DNA of 64,000 nucleotides. Source: Nemertoderma westbladi (Eukaryota; Animalia; Xenacoelomorpha). The stretch spans positions 26,043-90,042 of the forward strand of contig JAUCBJ010000941.1 in NCBI GenBank assembly GCA_032718475.1, written 5' to 3'. The notes below the pieces were generated by a model that saw nothing but the letters and a program-made list of their open reading frames with translations, was not told where the DNA came from and ran no database searches. Both the position numbers and the translations under genes were made by a program. Each line of letters begins with the position of its first letter. Within the stretch, counting starts at the first letter, position 1. This document shows positions 62,301-64,000 of the stretch, piece after piece.

Positions 62301-64000
62301 ATTAGGTCTCAATATCAGTTGGACTACTGCTTCAATAACGGTAATAAAGTAAGTTAAAGCAACCAAGTAACCCTAAAGTTCAGAAATTCAATTATTCTAA
62401 AATAATTGACATACCGGTATTTACGATAGGCCTATTATCTTTATTTCTGTAAATTTTAGGCTTACATTATACCAGTACTTGTAATTAATTCTAGTCCAGA
62501 ATTATATATACTATAAACTGTAAGCTGTGTACCGGTATTCCCGATAGGCCTATTATATATTTATATATACTTGTGCTAAAATTATACCGGTATTCTGCGA
62601 TAAACCTAGTCTGTAATAATACTTATATATACTATAAGCATACCGGTATTCTAATATATTATATATACCACGCTGCGTTGAGTAGCAGTACCGGTAATTA
62701 ATTACTAGGCTAGCAGTTAATACTGAATTACTAGACTTGCTCAGACTGTAATACAGCAGTAGACATTCAACGGTATACATAGTCATGTCTGATACTAAGC
62801 AGAACCTGTCAGACAGTTTATTAGATGTAACTATCTGCGACTCAGATAGAGACGTACAACCGTCTGGTCGTAATTTCAGTTCACCTCCCACTGTGAGGAA
62901 AGTCATCCCTCCAGTAGTAATAAAAGAACCTAGGCTAGTCCAACATCGTAGGTCTATCATAGGCACCCGAGCTCAGGTCAAGCGGGACCAAGAAGCAGCG
63001 GAACAGCAACAACCCGCTAGTCAAGAACTTATTCCTCAGCGGCCCAGCAGCTCCAGTAGTGAGGATACTGTAGAGCTGACACCCGAGCGCGGAGCAGAGA
63101 TGACGGATGCGGTTTATACGGATCCCCTTCTCATCCTTCCTGCAGCCGTACTCACTAGGTTATTGATCGCGGTGGAAGAACACCAGATCGATTGGGCGAG
63201 AAGTCAACGGTCAACTAGAGATAGTTATGCGGGATACACGAGTGAAGAACTGAAGTCTATTGTCGAGTCGCAATGGAACTTCCCCGGACCCGGACTCCCG
63301 TTTGATTTATCAGAAGCTGCCTGGGAAGACATACACCGGATGGGAGTAGCCAAGGAAACCATCGATCCAGCTGTGTGGAAGAGGTCCGCAGCCGGATACG
63401 CACAGGGATTCTTCAGCTCTATAGAGCGATTAAAAGAACAACTGTTTCAACAACCTCAAGGACCTCAAGAGCAGGGATTGCTGCTTTATCAAGTTAGAGA
63501 AAGAATTCTACGAATCAGGCTAATATTATTGGCCTTTGAGGAGGCTTCTAAACGAAGGCAAGACACGTCGTTGCAAGTTGCCGTAAAGACTTGGTTTCAA
63601 CGGGTGAGTCTCCAGGTTCAAGGAACAGCTCAGTGGAAAGCTCAGCTAGAGGAGCGCTCAACCCATGGAGAATCAACAGACGCTACTTTTTCCCAAGTGG
63701 AAAGTGAAGCGACGGCAGAGAAACCGCATAAGAGGGATGCCATTGACATCTATCTGTCAGACTATCAACGTTTTTTAGGTGATGACGAGTTGAGGAGAAG
63801 GTTAGAGGGACTTAGCCCTAATAGTGAAGGAACCAAGCTTGTGTTGGATGCCATCGATGTGGAAATGAGGGCTGCGAATCAGGCTAAATTCGATGAACAA
63901 CTCCGCATCACACGAGTTCAAGAAGAACAAGTAAAGAAAAAACGTATAGAAGACAGAAAGAAAGCAGCAGTGGTAGCTGCAGAAGCAGAAAGAAAGGCGG
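59382..64000 (+). mobile_element. 5' end of a probable LTR retroelement (TG start, promoter motifs, long leader with a 288-bp duplication, ORF running off the window)
   Basis: Begins with TG exactly where the LINE copy breaks. CCAAT about 59671 and TATATA about 59704. Direct repeat 60902-61189 / 61190-~61470. LTR end and PBS not identified. Confidence 0.5.
62785..64000 (+). CDS. Open 405-codon ORF (partial, no stop in window), possible gag-like protein
   Basis: ATG at 62785: MSDTKQNLSDSLLDVTICDSDRDVQPSGRNFSSPPTVRKVIPP...EEQVKKKRIEDRKKAAVVAAEAERKA, uninterrupted to the window end. It is absent from the ORF track, probably because it lacks a stop. No domain was recognised. Confidence 0.65.
   Translation, partial: MSDTKQNLSDSLLDVTICDSDRDVQPSGRNFSSPPTVRKVIPPVVIKEPRLVQHRRSIIGTRAQVKRDQEAAEQQQPASQELIPQRPSSSSSEDTVELTPERGAEMTDAVYTDPLLILPAAVLTRLLIAVEEHQIDWARSQRSTRDSYAGYTSEELKSIVESQWNFPGPGLPFDLSEAAWEDIHRMGVAKETIDPAVWKRSAAGYAQGFFSSIERLKEQLFQQPQGPQEQGLLLYQVRERILRIRLILLAFEEASKRRQDTSLQVAVKTWFQRVSLQVQGTAQWKAQLEERSTHGESTDATFSQVESEATAEKPHKRDAIDIYLSDYQRFLGDDELRRRLEGLSPNSEGTKLVLDAIDVEMRAANQAKFDEQLRITRVQEEQVKKKRIEDRKKAAVVAAEAERKA

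Overview
AT-rich, repeat-dense animal genomic DNA, probably from an invertebrate. It is not prokaryotic: it has spliceosomal introns, SINEs/LINEs and minisatellites. The main result is a minus-strand gene with 11 exons (20470->2331) that the ORF track almost entirely misses; its 3' end with M4 was not found and probably lies left of the window. All introns are GT-AG and every splice phase joins into one 508-codon frame: signal peptide, then a complete C-type lectin-like domain (3 exons bounded by phase-1 introns), then a Cys-loop nicotinic acetylcholine receptor alpha subunit (alpha9/alpha10-like, YxCC loop C, GEK cation filter) with altered aromatic-box residues. The window also holds: (1) an intronless ~1.1-kaa ORF with a WRN/Mut-7-like DEDD 3'-5' exonuclease and three CCHC knuckles, just 5' of an LTR-like terminus; (2) two intronless SLC18B1-like MFS transporter paralogues; (3) an IS3EU-type DNA transposon with ~570-bp minisatellite-containing TIRs and a 6-bp TSD; (4) a piggyBac-like MITE; (5) decayed Gypsy, BEL/Pao, LINE and Penelope fragments, one with a hammerhead-like motif; (6) tRNA-derived SINEs; (7) four multi-kb minisatellites (12, 31, 22 and 48 bp units) that generate most of the long spurious ORFs; (8) the 5' end of a probable LTR element at the right edge. 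All calls are by manual reading and translation; no database search was run.
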